A stretch of DNA of 64,000 bases from Narcine bancroftii (GCF_036971445.1 NC_091482.1:20336001-20400000); one strand, 5' to 3'; numbered from the stretch's first letter, positions 9,346 to 22,850 are shown. A program made the numbers and translations. The notes: generated by a model not told the origin, from the sequence alone.

Positions 9346-12300
9346 ACTGTTGGTTTTTGAATGTAGTTGTCAAAGATTAATATAATAATACAAATTGCAA
9401 AAACAGGCTAGAAACTGCATATGTGATCCCCCAAAACCACCTTCCCTCAAAATAATTAATATAAAAGATACAATATAGTTATGTACAATAAAAGAAGAGG
9501 GATGCCATCTAACACATGTTTAAACAGAGTTCTTTTGCAGGTCCAGAGGCACATGAAGCATTACAAATTTAAACCGAATAATTGAGTATACGGGTGCCCA
9601 ATTTGTAAAAATGCAGCATATTTATTTCTCAAATTATGTAATTTGCTTTCCAAAGGAAAGCAACTTTGAACTTCTGCATTCCATTGTGCCATACCCAAAT
9701 GTGGACCTGATTTCCAAGTAACTGCCACATTTCCTTGCCTCTCACTGCTAATACAACTTCAACAAATTCTAATTGGTATATTGGCAGTTTTAGTTTAGGT
9801 CTTGTTCCTTCAATATTTCCTAATAAAAATAAATCTGGATTTTGCGGAAATACAGTACCTGTAACTTGTTCCAGAAAGTTCCCTAAATTCACCCAAAAAG
9901 GAAAAATGCAAAAAAAAATTCCTACATTCTCACCACACCTAAATCTGATAAGTCTGATTTCATTCTATTCAATTTTTGTTATAACTGATGTAAAAAAAAT
10001 TGTACTGAACTAATTTATACCTTGCATTAATAGTCATACAACCTCTGAAAAGATCTGCCCATCTTTGCTAATCAATTGCAATATTCAAATCTAATACCCA
10101 TCTCTGTTTAGATTTATGTTTAGGAGTTCCTACTTGTAATTAAAAAAAAAAGTATTTTGGGTTATTCCATATTTATTTCTCAATTGTTCAAATGTCATTA
10201 ATTGACCCCTTTCATAATAAATCTTCAACATTTATAATCCACATAAAACCAAGGACCTAAAACTTGATTATCTTTTGAAAAAGGTATAAGAGAATTTTGA
10301 ATAAAAGATATTTTGGGAAATGTACGTCCTTGCACCAATTTCATCATTTATTTTATTCCAGTTAATAATCAGGTGCTTCAACAATGGTGCATTTTACAAC
10401 CCATTTGTATATGAATTCTTCTGCTTTTAATCAGTTCTATTTTATCCCATGCTGGTTTATCTTCTCTTTCAAAAAAAGTAAGAAATTTCATTTGTGCCGC
10501 TCGATGGTGGTTTTTGAAATTAGGAAGCTGTAAGCTTCTCAATTCATCGTTCCATGTTAACTTTTCTGTAGAAACTCTTGACATTTTACCTTTCCAGAGG
10601 AATTTCCTTACATATTTGTTAAATTCTTGAAAAAATATTTTTGATATTAAAATAGGTAGTACTTGAAAAAGATGTTGTATTCTTGGAATACAATTAACTC
10701 TGCCCACTAAAGTTGTAGGTAAATTGATCCATTTTAAAAAATTTCCCTCAACCTTTTTAACTCAATTTATATAAATTCTTCAGAGTAACGATTAATCTGT
10801 ACAAATTTCTAAATATTTAGTACCATCTCTTGGCCTTTTTAACTGGGTATCCCTTTGGCATTGACTATAGTCTCCTTCCGCTAATGGCATCATTTCATTT
10901 TTATCCCAATTTATTTTATAACCTGAAATTTTTCCATATTTTTCCAATTTAACATTGTTTTTGTAAAGAAGTGTCAGGTTCAATCAAATATACTAAAAAG
11001 TCATCTGCAAATAAACTAATTTTATGCTCTTCTTGATCAACCATAAAACCCTTAATTTTCAAAATACTCTGAATTGCTTCTGCAAATGGTTCTAAAGCTA
11101 AAATAGACAACGCTTGGGATAAGGGACATCCTTGTCTACTTGTCCTCACCAACTCAAAATGTGCAGATACTTGTCCATTAGTCACTACTTTAGCTTTAGG
11201 ATTATTATATAATTCCCTAAAAATGCCCTAATCCAGTTTTCAAATATTGATCTGAATCCAAATTTATCTAACACCATAAACAAAGAGTCCTATTCCAGTC
11301 CATCAAACATTTTTTCTCCACCTAGAGCCACTGCAACACTTAAATTTCTTTTTTTTGCCCTAAATGAATTACACTAAGTAATCGGCCACATTTTCAGCTG
11401 ACTGTCTTTTTTTTTTACAAAATCTGTCTGATCCATATTTATTAATTTAGGTAACTTAATCATTCTTTTGCCAAAAATTTTTCAACAATCTTATCTACAT
11501 TTAATAATGAAATAGGTCAATATGATGAAGGATTTAAAGGGTCTCTATCTTTCTTTAGGTATCACTGTAATTATTGCTGTCGAAAATAATTCTGGGAGCA
11601 TATGGATTTCTGAAGCCTGATCTAATACTTCCATAAAGATAGGAATTAATAAATCTTTAATTTTTTTATACAGTTAGGGTGGGAATCCATTCTCTCGTGG
11701 AGATTTATTACTCTGTAATGAACTCTTAGCCTCCCTCACCTCTTACTGAGTAAAGGGAGCACTTTAATGTGCTCCTCAAACCCTAATATAGGCAAAGCTA
11801 TCTGTAATAAATATCTATTTTATTTTTGTCTTTTAAAGATTCTGAGCTATACCATTTCAAATAAAAATTCTTAGAGGATTAATTTATTTCTTGAGGCTTA
11901 TAATAAAATTAGTGTCCTTTTTAATTGCATTAATTTGTTTTTGAAACCTGCTGTTTTTAATTTCCCAGAAAGTACCTTGTGAACTTTCATCTAATTCATA
12001 TCTTTGTTTTGTAATTGCTTTCTCTGTTCTGTAAATTTGTAATGTGATTGAAGTTTTTTTAATTAATTCATTTCCTGTTTATCTTCAGCATCCTGATTTT
12101 GAATATCCTTTTCCAAAATATTATTTCTCTTTCTAACTGATCAATCTTTCTCATATACTCCTTTTTAAATTTAGAAGTAAAACATAATTTGACCTCTTAA
12201 ATACACTTTCAAAGCAACCCATATAATAAATTTATCATTTACAGAGTTCAAATTTATATCACAAAATGTCCAAATTTGTGTTCTAACAAACTCACAAAAG

Positions 12301-13347
12301 TCTTTTCAATATAAATCGTTTTATCCTAGTCAGGATTTCAATCGTTATTAATAAAGGCGAATGATCAGATAAGATCCTTGCTTTATAATCAGCTTCAAGA
12401 ATCCTTGTTTGCATTTGTGCTGAAATTTAAAAATAAATCAATTCTAGAAAAAGAATCATGCCTACTCGAATAAAATGAATAATCTCTCTCTCTAGGATGA
12501 ATCCTCCTCCATGCATCTATTAAATTCAAGTCTCTCATTAATACCAAAGTAGCTTTTGCTGCTGCTGTTCTCATTGCTACTTGCTATCAAACAATGGATC
12601 TAAACAGAAATTGAAATCTCCTATTAAAATATTTCCATGTGCCTCTGCTAAATTAAGAAATGCTTCTTGAATAAATTTCTCAACATCAATATTTGGAGCA
12701 TATAAATTTTAAAAAGTCCACCATTCAAAATATACATCACAATGTACCATTACATACCTCCCTACAACATTTTGAATTTTAATTGGAAGATTGCCTTTTA
12801 TCAATATTACCACACCTCTTGCCTTAAAATTAAACAAAGAAGACACTACATATCTAACCCAGCCCCTTTTTAATTTCAAGAGTTGTTTTTCAATTAAATG
12901 TGTTTCTTGGAGAAAAGCCACATCGACTCCCATTAATGTATTAACACCCTCTTCCTTTTTATATATCTGTTTGACCCATTAACATTAAAATTTACAAATT
13001 TCATTACCTTACTCATCTTGGTAAACTATAATCAATCCCTTTTGAGTTGCTTCTGTTACCTCCCACCGCAAAACTCCTAATTCCATTATTTGATATCCTA
13101 TGTCAGTACGCATCTCCTCCAGCAATCCAAATAGAAGAAAGAAGAAAACAGATAAACACTCAAAAAATTTATAATTGCACACATCTAAACAAAACCCTCC
13201 CTCTAAGTATTGTTTAAATAATGTACAACACTACCTCCGTTTTATGGCTGCGACCAAGGTCAAAAATCACACAATCCCATAACAATCAGCACCTCCATCT
13301 CCTCCCAACTCCCTCGGTACATTTACTGTATAGTTATCTTCAACTAA

Positions 13348-13857
13348 CGTCGAGGTACTCGAGATGGCAGAGGTCGACAGCATCGAGTCCACGCTGCTGA
13401 AGATCCAGCTGCGCTGGATGGGTCACGTCTCCAGAATGGAGGACCATCGCCTTCCCAAGATCGTATTATATGGCGAGCTCTCCACTGGCCACCGTGACAG
13501 AGGTGCACCAAAGAAAAGGTACAAGGACTGCCTAAAGAAATCTCTTGGTGCCTGCCACATTGACCACCGCCAGTGGGCTGATAACGCCTCAAACCGTGCA
13601 TCTTGGCGCCTCACAGTTTGGCGGGCAGCAGCCTCCTTTGAAGAAGACCACAGAGCCCACCTCACTGACAAAAGGCAAAGGAGGAAAAACCCAACACCCA
13701 ACCCCAACCAACCATTTTTCCCCTGCAGCCGCTGCAACCGTGTCTGCCTGTCCCGCATCGGACTGGTCAGCCACAAACGAGCCTGCAGCTGACGTGGACT
13801 TTTTACCCCCTCCATAAATCTTCGTCCGCGAAGCCAAGCCAAAGAAGAAAGAAGAAG
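13348..13857 (+). mobile_element. Young 5'-truncated RTE-clade LINE
   Basis: QLRWMGHVSRMEDHRLPKIVLYGEL, C-terminal CxxC..H..C, GAA-rich tail; 12-bp TSD ATCTTCAACTAA at 13336-13347 and 13858-13869. Confidence 0.95.
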
Positions 13858-15210
13858 ATCTTCAACTAAAATAACTTCCCAGATATCAAAAAGAAAGAAG
13901 AAAAAAAGAATAATTCTTATTCTAATTTCTTTCATCTTTACCAACTTTCTGAATAATAATGAAGCAGGTTAAAGAAAATAACTTACTTCAGCAGAGATGA
14001 AGTATCTTCTTGGGACTGAATTCTAGGGAGACCCCAGACAAATTTTTCTGCTTGAACAGAACTAGTAAAGAATTTATTTTGGTCTCCTGGTATGAAAATC
14101 TTAAGTCGCAGGGTAGCGTAGCACAAATTTGTAGTCTTCATCGAAAAGAGCTTTCTTAGCTGGCTTGAACTCTTTCCTTCTCTTTAATAAAACTTCACTC
14201 AAATCAGGATTACATAAAATTCTATTTCTGTCCCTTGTCCCTCTCACAGGAAGACTTGGAACCTTCTCTCTATCTTGATTTTTAAAAAAAATTGATTAAT
14301 ATAGAACGTGGATTCTGGTTTGGAAGTGGTTTTGCTCTCAGAGCCCTATGAGCATTTTCAATTTGAATTGGATCTTCAAAGTTTTGCTCTCCCAAAACTT
14401 TAGGGATCCATTATTGAAAGAAAAAAAATTGAATCTGGACCCTCTTTCTCTTCAGGAATGCCCACTATTTTAATATTATTCCTTCTGCTGAAGTTTTCCA
14501 ATACATCCACTTTTTCTAAAAGCTTTTGATTCAGCGTGATTAAACCAGTAGTTGTATTTTCCACAATTGACACCCTGTCCTCAACATGGTGCTTTTTGTC
14601 CTGTACCCTCATTATATTCTCAACCATTTTATCTAATTTCTTCTTCATTTTATTCACAACCTCTAACACTCTGTTAGTTTCCCCTTTATTTCTGCATTCA
14701 TTTCTGCCTTCAATCCCTTTGTTTCTTCTTTATTTCCACTTTCATTACTTTAAACTGATGCATTATTGCTGTAGCTAAATCTTTTACTTTGTGAAATGGT
14801 TTTAACTCCTTTAATTACTTCCTTTTCCTGTCGTTCTTCTTCATTTTTGCTTTCAGTTCCTCCTCTGGAGCTCGGCTCCTCGTTGTCTGGCGCTGAAGTG
14901 GAGGTCTCCGACTTCTCCATGACTTGTGGCCCTACTCCCAATAATGTCTTGTGCTTTGCTGTTCTTCTCGCGCATGTGCAGTTCAGTCCCAGGTTCTCCT
15001 CTGATGCCATCTCTGTAGTTGTGGGTGGAGATGCTGGTGGAGGGCCCTTCAAAGAGATCACTCACTCCCTGCTTCATCATTGAGGTAGGCCTTGAATCTC
15101 TTCTCATCCTTTCTTCTAGTTGGGCTCCAGGTGAGGCTGAAGCTATTCTCTTCTTGGAGACATTTTTATTGTAAAGTAGGAGTACTTAGTTTTTTTTAAG
15201 TATTAATTAG

Positions 15211-15275
15211 ACGTGGACATTTACCCCTTCCATAAATCTTCGTCCGTGAAGCCAAGCCAAAGAAGAACAAAGAAG
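15211..15275 (+). mobile_element. Extreme 3' tail of the same RTE family (~65 bp)
   Basis: ACGTGGAC...CATAAATCTTCGTCCGTGAAGCCAAGCCAAAGAAG matches 13793-13850; AATTAG flanks both sides. Confidence 0.85.
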
Positions 15276-15377
15276 AATTAGTTTAAAAACATTTCTTAAA
15301 TAGCACTTTTTTAACTAATTTACCAAGGAAATCAGATCCTCACGTGCTCATCCTATGGCATCACGGGATGTTACCCC

Positions 15378-16255
15378 TATATGCTGAGCCTCTTCCTGTC
15401 CCAGGTTTTGCTCAGGATGGGCCTGGCCCCGTTGCCACGGAATGTCCTAGTCAGCTGGATTTTTCCACACCACCTATCCTTCGTGGGAAAGTTTTTCCAA
15501 ACCAACATCTTTGATCACAAGGAGTGATTCACCATAGAATGTCCTGCAGAAACTGAGAGACGAGGACTTGATGGACCTGGTGGGTTGTTCCCTGAATAGA
15601 CCATCCAGGTCACCTGGTAGAAAGCCTCCTCGTCATTAGGGCTCATGAACAAGCACCAGGACTTGGCCTGGCTGCCAGTGAGAGGAACCCTCTGAGTCAA
15701 CCAGAACATCACTGACCATGCACATTGTCCTCGAGACGATGGTGGTGGCATGGAGACAGTCGGCCACCCCATTGCTGCATGCACATTCACAAAGAGTATG
15801 TGGAGAAGGATGCAGGGGGTTTTGTCACTGTTCATCCCCAACAGTAGTCTGATGGTGGACTCTCTGAACTAAGGACTGTTCCCAGGGACACGCATAGAGT
15901 CAGACATCCAAAACTGCTGGAAGACCAACTCGGTAAAAGACGCACTTTGGTCTGCCTGAAACCTATTGGTCTTTCAGTAAGTGGAGATGGTCTGAGAATG
16001 CTGCTGACTGGCATCTTCCAAGCTGCAGGAGTACAGACTGAAGCTTGGTGGAACAACGTGAGGGTGCTGTGGGGAAGGACCACAGTCCAGAGGTGGGAGA
16101 AGCAGCAAGGTGCAAAAGGGGTGGTGATTGGGTATATAGAGAATATATTTACATTGTACATCGATGGGAATGTATAGATAAGATTTGACTCTGTGGGTGC
16201 GAAAAGAGTGAACATTTTTTGGTACATAATTTATTGTGAATAAAGTCTATTTTTG
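15378..16255 (+). mobile_element. Tx1-clade LINE 3' half
   Basis: NKHQDLAWL and CPRDDGGGMETVGH...C zinc-knuckle region; AATAAA near 16239; continues the fragment at 8863-9345. Confidence 0.75.
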
Positions 16256-16259
16256 GGTG

Positions 16260-17645
16260 GAAATATTCTATCATCTTTTGCCATAGATGAAGTTCTGGAA
16301 AACTGGAGGGTGGCTAATATTGTATTGTAATTTAAGAATCACAGAAGGTAAGGAACTATAGGCCGATGAGCCTGATGTCAGCAGTGGGAAAGACGTTGGA
16401 GGGAATTCTGAGGGGCAGGATCTCCCAGCATTTGGATACGCAGGGACTGATTAGGGAGGGTCAGCATGACTTTGTGCATGGGAAATCGGCGAATCAGAGA
16501 TTTTTGCATAGGAGAGGAAGAGGGCTGATGAGGTCAGGGTAGTTGATTTTGGATTATGTGGACTTTAAATTTAAATGCAGCATGATAACAGGCCATGTGG
16601 CCCACAGGTCCATGCCACCTAACTTGCACCCAATTAACCTACATCCCCGTTAAGTTTCAAACTGTGGAAGGAAACTGGAGTCCCTGGGGAAAACCCGGAG
16701 AGACTGTACAAACTCCTTACTGACCGTGTGGGATTTGAACCACAGTCCTGAATGCTGGCACTGTAAAGGTGTTACACTAACTGCTATGCCAACTGTGCCG
16801 CTTGAACAAGGCTTTTGCCTAGTTTGGAAGGTGAGATCACTTGACATCCAAGGTGGGCGGGCCCATTGGATTGAAAACTGGCTTGGAAGGTGGAGGGTTA
16901 CTTCTCTGATTGGAGGCCTGTGACCACTGATGGGCCATGGGGTCTGTGCCAAGTTCGCTGCTATTTGTCATCTATATTGATATGGGTGACATAGTAATTA
17001 AAAGGGTTTGTAAATTTGCAGGTATCAAAACTAGTGAGAAAGTGGATAGTGAGGACAACAGGTTCTAGACAAGATGGGAAGGTGAGCCAAGGAATGGCAA
17101 ATGGAAATGAACTCTGGCAAGTGAGGGGAAGTGAGTCATATCAGGGCAGGCCTTGCACTGTGAATGATGAAGTTCCGGAGAGGGTTGTAGAACAGAAGCA
17201 CCTTGGAATACTGATGCATAATTCCTTGAAAGTTCACCTGGTGACAGGTGAACAGGGTGGGTAAGAAGGCATTTGATGAGATTGAGTAATGTTGGGACAC
17301 CATGATGCAGTTATGCAAGTCATTGGTGAGATCACACATCGAGTACTGTGCCTATTTTTTGTTGCTCAGCTATAGGAAAGATGACATTAAGTCAGAAGAA
17401 TTCTGAAGAGATTTACCACGATTGAGTGAAAGAGGCTGGGTCTTTATTGCCTTGAGTGTAGGAGACTGAGGGGCATCTGGAATGAGTTGCAGAGGAACCC
17501 AAAGAATGGTTTTGATCATCAGATATTTGAATAGGAAGGGTTTAGAAGGATATGGGTGAAATGGTGACTGGTGCGAATGCCAACTTGGTTGGCAAGGACA
17601 AGTTGGTTGGAAGATGCACTCAATGCTGTATACAAAATTCTGTGA
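16260..17645 (+). mobile_element. CR1-like LINE, degraded, with SINE insertion
   Basis: EVLENWRVANIV, NYRPMSLMSAVGK, QHDFVHGKS, WIENWL motifs and a CR1 3' tail. Confidence 0.8.
16568..16802 (-). mobile_element. tRNA-derived V-SINE (HE1-like)
   Basis: On -: A-box-like TGGCATAGCAGTTAG, B-box GGTTCAAATCC, V-domain GGAGTTTGTA..CTCC..GGGTTTTCCCCAGGGACTCCAGTTTCC. Confidence 0.8.
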
Positions 17646-18007
17646 CCTTTATGGAGGGTCTCATTTCATTTGAAAGATGGGACTTTGGATGTTTTATCAA
17701 TCCTTTAGCACTCACTGGATTATCAGGCTAGATATTGTACTATTTTATAAATTTGTGGAACCTGTCTTACTAGAGGGATTAATATGGAAATGTTGCAATA
17801 TGTGCCTCTGGTAACATGTACATTAGCAGGTTAGAAACTACTACCCTTCACCCTGAAAAGCATATTGTATCGAATAAATATTCATATGGAACAAAACTGA
17901 TAATTCTAGCTTCGTTGCATCTGAAGAGCTTTTTGAAATCTATCAGATATTTGAACTTGCCCTGTTGGTTTGCAGAGCGTCCCATCATAAATGACTTTTC
18001 CTTTTAG

Positions 18008-18196
18008 ACAGGACCAGTGATCGACATGCCTGTTCCAGCAAGTTTCAATGACATCACACAAGATCCCAAGTTGAGGGATTTCACTGGCTGGGTGTGGTAT
18101 GAAAAAGAGGTTTGGGTTCCCAGATGTTGGACTTCATCAGATGCTGGGAAGAGAGTGGTACTCTATGTTGGTAGCGCCAATTACTACTCTGTTGTT
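18008..18196 (+). CDS. GUSB: Beta-glucuronidase exon 2
   Basis: [16 protein letters not shown]...GWVWYEKE...GSANYYSVV; ttttAG and GTAAGT; phase 0-0. Confidence 0.97.
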
Positions 18197-18543
18197 GTAA
18201 GTATTCCTGATTCAAATAATGTTTGTTTGATAAAACTTTATCACTAGCTTAATTAAGAATTAGAATTTGATTTAATGTGTAAAAAAAAAAAAAAAAAAAT
18301 AGACTTTGAGTGGATGATAAATGACCATTATTGTTACAGATGTTTTGAAGTTTATTGAAACACAATATTGGTGTATACTTCGTCCCTTAAAAAGGTCCAA
18401 TTCTAACAATACAAATTTCTGTTTGAAAAATTTAGCTTTGCAAAGTCTTGAGCTCAGTGATTTTAAAATTCAGTACACCTGATACACAAATTAGACCACA
18501 GATTGATGGTGCAGATAGCTTAACTCTTTGATATCTGCCATTT

Positions 18544-18674
18544 TTAACCTTTTATAATATATACTCCAGACTGGGTCAATGGGTAAACTACTGTACAAGC
18601 ACCAGAATGAACTAGCTGGTGGTTGGGTATAAAACCAGTCCTGGAAAACTGGGACACTGAGTCCAAAGGGTTAA
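18544..18674. mobile_element. Possible piggyBac-like MITE
   Basis: TTAACCTTT...AAAGGGTTAA termini (TTAA target plus CCCTT-like TIR); left end degraded. Confidence 0.4.
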
Positions 18675-19122
18675 AGTGGATAATCATTTTTTCATGATGA
18701 GTACATTATAGGTTTCTGAAGGGATTGCAGGGATCTTGGTCATTACCTAGAAAATCGCAAATATTATTGTTTTATTTGAAAATAATATGAAGATAAACTC
18801 AGTAATTACAAATCACTCATTTAGCTTTGGTGGTGGAAAAATCTAGAAACAATAATTGGGGACAGTTAGGTGACTCTTGGACAAGTTTTGTAATGATTAG
18901 AGAAATTCCACATCGATTTTTTAAAGACAAATTGTATCCAAATAACTTCATTGATTTTTTAAAAAATAATTTATTTGAGAGGGTTGATGTGCTATATATT
19001 GGATTTCCAAATGGCAGGTGATAAGGTGCCACTTACATCTGTCATCCAGATAATGGTGCTTGTAGCAGCATATTCTCTCAGAATATTCTTTTTGAATATG
19101 ATCACCCCTCATTCTTCTAAAT

Positions 19123-19247
19123 CAGTGGTTTTCAAACTTTTTCTTTCTACTTACATACCACTTTAAGTAATCCCTGTGCTCTGTGATTAGTAAGGGCTTA
19201 CTTAAGGTGGTATGTGAGTGGGAAGAAAAAAAGTTTGAAAACCACTG
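19123..19247. mobile_element. hAT palindromic MITE, monomer
   Basis: CAGTGGTTTTCAAAC...GTTTGAAAACCACTG; TSD TTCTAAAT / TTCTAAAC. Confidence 0.9.
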
Positions 19248-19447
19248 TTCTAAACAAACAATAGTTCGAATATCTTCCCACCTGAGTAATTAGTACAGTG
19301 GATCCCTTTTAGATTGCTCCCCAGTGCCATTAAATCTGTAAATAAGTGGACCAAATCACAGATCACAGGGCTTATTTTAAAACAATTTTATATTGAATTT
19401 GAGGATATGTTATGTACAGTGAAATTTAGGAACAATACAGAGGTTAG

Positions 19448-19665
19448 TACAGTAAAATCTCTGTTATTCGGAATTCAAGCAACCGGCAAAAAAAAAGGCA
19501 AAAAAAATGAAAGTTTAAATTTTCTTCCCACCACCCCCCCCCCCCCCCCCCCCCATAGTGGTTATTTTGCCAAACCACACAACATCAAACAACCGGGAAA
19601 AAAAAATATTTATCTGGCATTTACCAATCCCCATAGGTGCCAGATACCAGGGGTTTTACTTTGTA
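19448..19665. mobile_element. Tc1/mariner-pogo (Tigger-like) MITE
   Basis: TA-CAGTAAAATC...GGGGTTTTACT(TT)G-TA termini; a related fragment lies at ~23340-23400. Confidence 0.55.
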
Positions 19666-19962
19666 ACAGGTTTTGTGAAGCAATTTTGAATGCCCTTGTC
19701 CATTCCTAATTACTTTGAGAAAACTTTGATAAGTAACTTCTGAAATATATTGAATAATTGTTAATTTTTACTTGGGTGTGTGAAAAGCAAATTTTATTTT
19801 TGCCCATGTGCCTTATTTACATTTTAAAATTTAATACTCAGCTCTACAACTAAATGTAACACATGCATAGGTCCACTATTTGAGATGAAGAATAGGCGAC
19901 TATTGTTCTGGTAGCCTGATATCATTGGTATGGAAAACACTGGTATGGTATTGAGCAAAGTT

Positions 19963-20968
19963 TTTATTTAAATTTTTTTATTTTTCATTCTATGAGCCAC
20001 ACTGACCAAAATACACACAAACATTTCCCTCTTGAATAAACACATTTTCTCCCCTATTTCCCCCCTCCCTTCCTTCCCTCCTTCACCCCCCCCTCCCCAC
20101 CCACCCAACGCCCAACATATATGATACATTAAACCCATTAAACAATGTCATCGCACAATGAAAATAAACAAGAAATTTGTGTCATCTACTTTTACATACT
20201 GGGTCAGTTCATTTCGTCTTCTCCTTCTGTCATTTTAGGTGGTGGAGGTCCGTGGTGGGATTTCTCCATGTACGGTTCCCGAATTTGTTCGAATACTATG
20301 ACGTTATTTCTTAAATTATATGTTATTTTTTCCAATGGAATACATTTATTCATTTCTATGTACCATTGCTGTATTCTCAGGTTATCTTCTAATTTCCAGG
20401 TTGACATAATACATTTTTTGGCTACAGCTAAGGCTATCATAATAAATCTTTTTTGTGCTCCATCCAAATAGAGTCCAAGTTCTTTACTTCTTATATTACT
20501 TAGAAGAAAGATCTCTGGGTTTTTTGGTATGTGGCTTTTTGTGATTTTATTTAATACCTGATTTAGATCTTCCCAAAACTTTTCCACTTTCTCACATGCC
20601 CAAATTGCATGTACTTACAGCAAATATGGTATAACTCGCGGTACAATGTTTACATATCACCAACTGAAAACGTACTTGAGAGACAAATTGGGAAGCAGGC
20701 TGAGGTTACCAGAAGGAAGCAATTTTGAATATGTACATCAAACTGCAAGAAGAAGAGAACGTGGAAACAAGCTGTAAACCCAAACAAAAATGGGAACAAG
20801 ATCTAAACATAAAGAATGAAACTTGGTAAAAGCTATGCTCTGGAACTATGAGAAATACAATAAACACGAGGTTACGCATGATACAATATAATTGGTTACA
20901 CAGTCTAAACATCACGTCCCAAAAGTTAAATAAATGGGACCCAACAGTATCAGACAGATGTTTTCGCT
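19963..20968 (-). mobile_element. L1-clade 3' fragment with 5' inversion
   Basis: 19963-~20616 on - (tail plus EKFWEDLNQVL...), ~20617-20968 inverted upstream part; TSD GTATTG(A/G)GCAAAGTT at 19948-19962 and 20969-20983. Confidence 0.88.
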
Positions 20969-21431
20969 GTATTGGGCAAAGTTGATAGGGGTTTATGAAA
21001 GGGAAATCATTTTTGACAAGTGTTAGTATTTTGAGATTGTGATGATCCGGACAAGCCATTTGGACATCTGTAAGGGATTTGATATTGTGCCACAAAAGAG
21101 ACTATGAAACAAAAGTGCATGGAATTGGGTAATCTACTGAATTAATCGATAATTGGTTAACATAAAACAGGGTAATTTACAGGTTGACCAGTGAGCTGCC
21201 ACAGAATTTGGTGTTGGAGTTTATATCTATGTCAATATATGCCCAAATATGCTAATTGTATAAAACAACAAGGCAGTATGATCCGTGAACCCCCTTTGGG
21301 GGTTACAGATGGACAGAGGATATTCATTTGTTGGTCAAGGCTTTGTTTTGGATTTTGACTTGGTTCAATTAGGTGGTTGCAAAATGAAATATTCCAAAGA
21401 TCGAGATTAATATGACTGTGTCTTTTTGCAG

Positions 21432-21610
21432 TGGGTGAATGGTGTACAAGTTACCTCCCATGAAGGCGGCCACCTTCCTTTTGAAGCTGATGTCACTAAA
21501 ATTATGCAGAGTCCCTCTCTTCAATATCGAATCACAATAGCAGTAAATAACACTCTTACTCCTTATACTTTACCTCCAGGAAGGATTCAATACATGTCAG
21601 ATACAAAAAG
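21432..21610 (+). CDS. GUSB: Beta-glucuronidase exon 3
   Basis: [20 protein letters not shown]...[18 protein letters not shown]; tgcAG and GTGAGG; phase 0-2. Confidence 0.97.
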
Positions 21611-22439
21611 GTGAGGTTAAATGAAATAAATAATTCTGTGATTGATATTATTAAAGAGGACTTTTATTTTCTTTGAAAATGATTAAAAACTGGATGTGCT
21701 TTTCAGCAGGCCCCAAGGTTTGTACGCAACACCTCACACATTTCAGGCTTACGAGTTGACATATTTTTCAAAAGTTTATCCAGTTTAGCTTGAGAATAAA
21801 TGTTTTTAATGAAATATTGAAGAGATTAACTGCCTGGATCCTTTCAATTTAAAATATACTGAAATACTTTGGTTGCTAAAATGATTTGAACAACTTACTG
21901 CTAACAATGAAAGGCGGGAACAAATTCAGTAGTTTTTAAAAAGTTTAATATTCAAAATGATTCAAGTGGGCTATCTTAAAGTTTTATGTCCAAATTGCAG
22001 TTGTCTGTGGGATTTTCTAAAAGACTACCTTAGTTGCTACTATTGAGCATGTATTGGTCTGTGTCAGATATTCAAGCATCAGTCCTTCCACTAGAGAAGT
22101 GGTATATCAAGAAATAGAATTCTTTGAACTTGTCTTCCACTGTTTCTCGGCCAGGAATATGCTCGGCAATAGCTGTCATTTTACTTTAACAGCTAACTTG
22201 ATAGTTTTATATATCTACTGCTTATGGTCTAAAACAGTTAGAAAATAGTTAATATATTAGTAGTTGATGTACAAAATAAATGGTATAGTTTGCAGTCATC
22301 TCAAAAGATTGTCGTCTGTATCTGATTAATACTGGAAGCTGTTCCTTTTCAATATTGTAAACTAAAATTTAGCAGAAAAATTATCCACATTTAAAAATGC
22401 TGTATTTTAAAATGTGCAGTGAAATAGCACAATAATATA

Positions 22440-22850
22440 ACAAACTCCTGAGGGTTGTTAACTCCGCCTGCAACATCACAGGCACAAAACTTTACTCCAT
22501 CGAGGACATCTACATGAGGCGGTGTCTCAAAAAAGCAGCCTCTATCCTCAAAGACCCCACCACCACCCAGGCCACGCCCTCTTCACTCTGCTGCCATTGG
22601 GGGGGGAGGGGGGCAAAAGTACAGGAGCCTAAAATTGAGCACTTAGCAGCACAAGGACAGCTTCTTCCCCACTGCCGTCGGATTCCCGAATAATCAGTGA
22701 ACCAAAGACACTGCCTTACTTTTCGTGCACTACTTTAAAAAAAATTTATAGTAATGTTGTAAGATAGTTATAATGTGAATGTTTACAGTATGATGCTGCC
22801 ATAAAACACCTAATTTCATGACATGTTCATGTCAATAAATTCTTATTCTG
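22440..22850 (+). mobile_element. L2/Rex-Babar-type LINE 3' end
   Basis: SIEDIYMRRCLKKAASILKDP..HPGHALFTLLP and DSFFPTAV motifs; AATAAA tail. Confidence 0.75.

Larger units (their letters stand above)
9350..15375 (-). mobile_element. Near full-length degenerate L1-clade LINE (ORF1 plus APE-RT ORF2)
   Basis: ORF1 LENFSRRNNIKIVGIPE (14400-14669), endonuclease VDVAFLQETHL (12709-12933), RT RQGCPLS and SLFADD (10949-11185); many stops and frameshifts. Confidence 0.92.
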
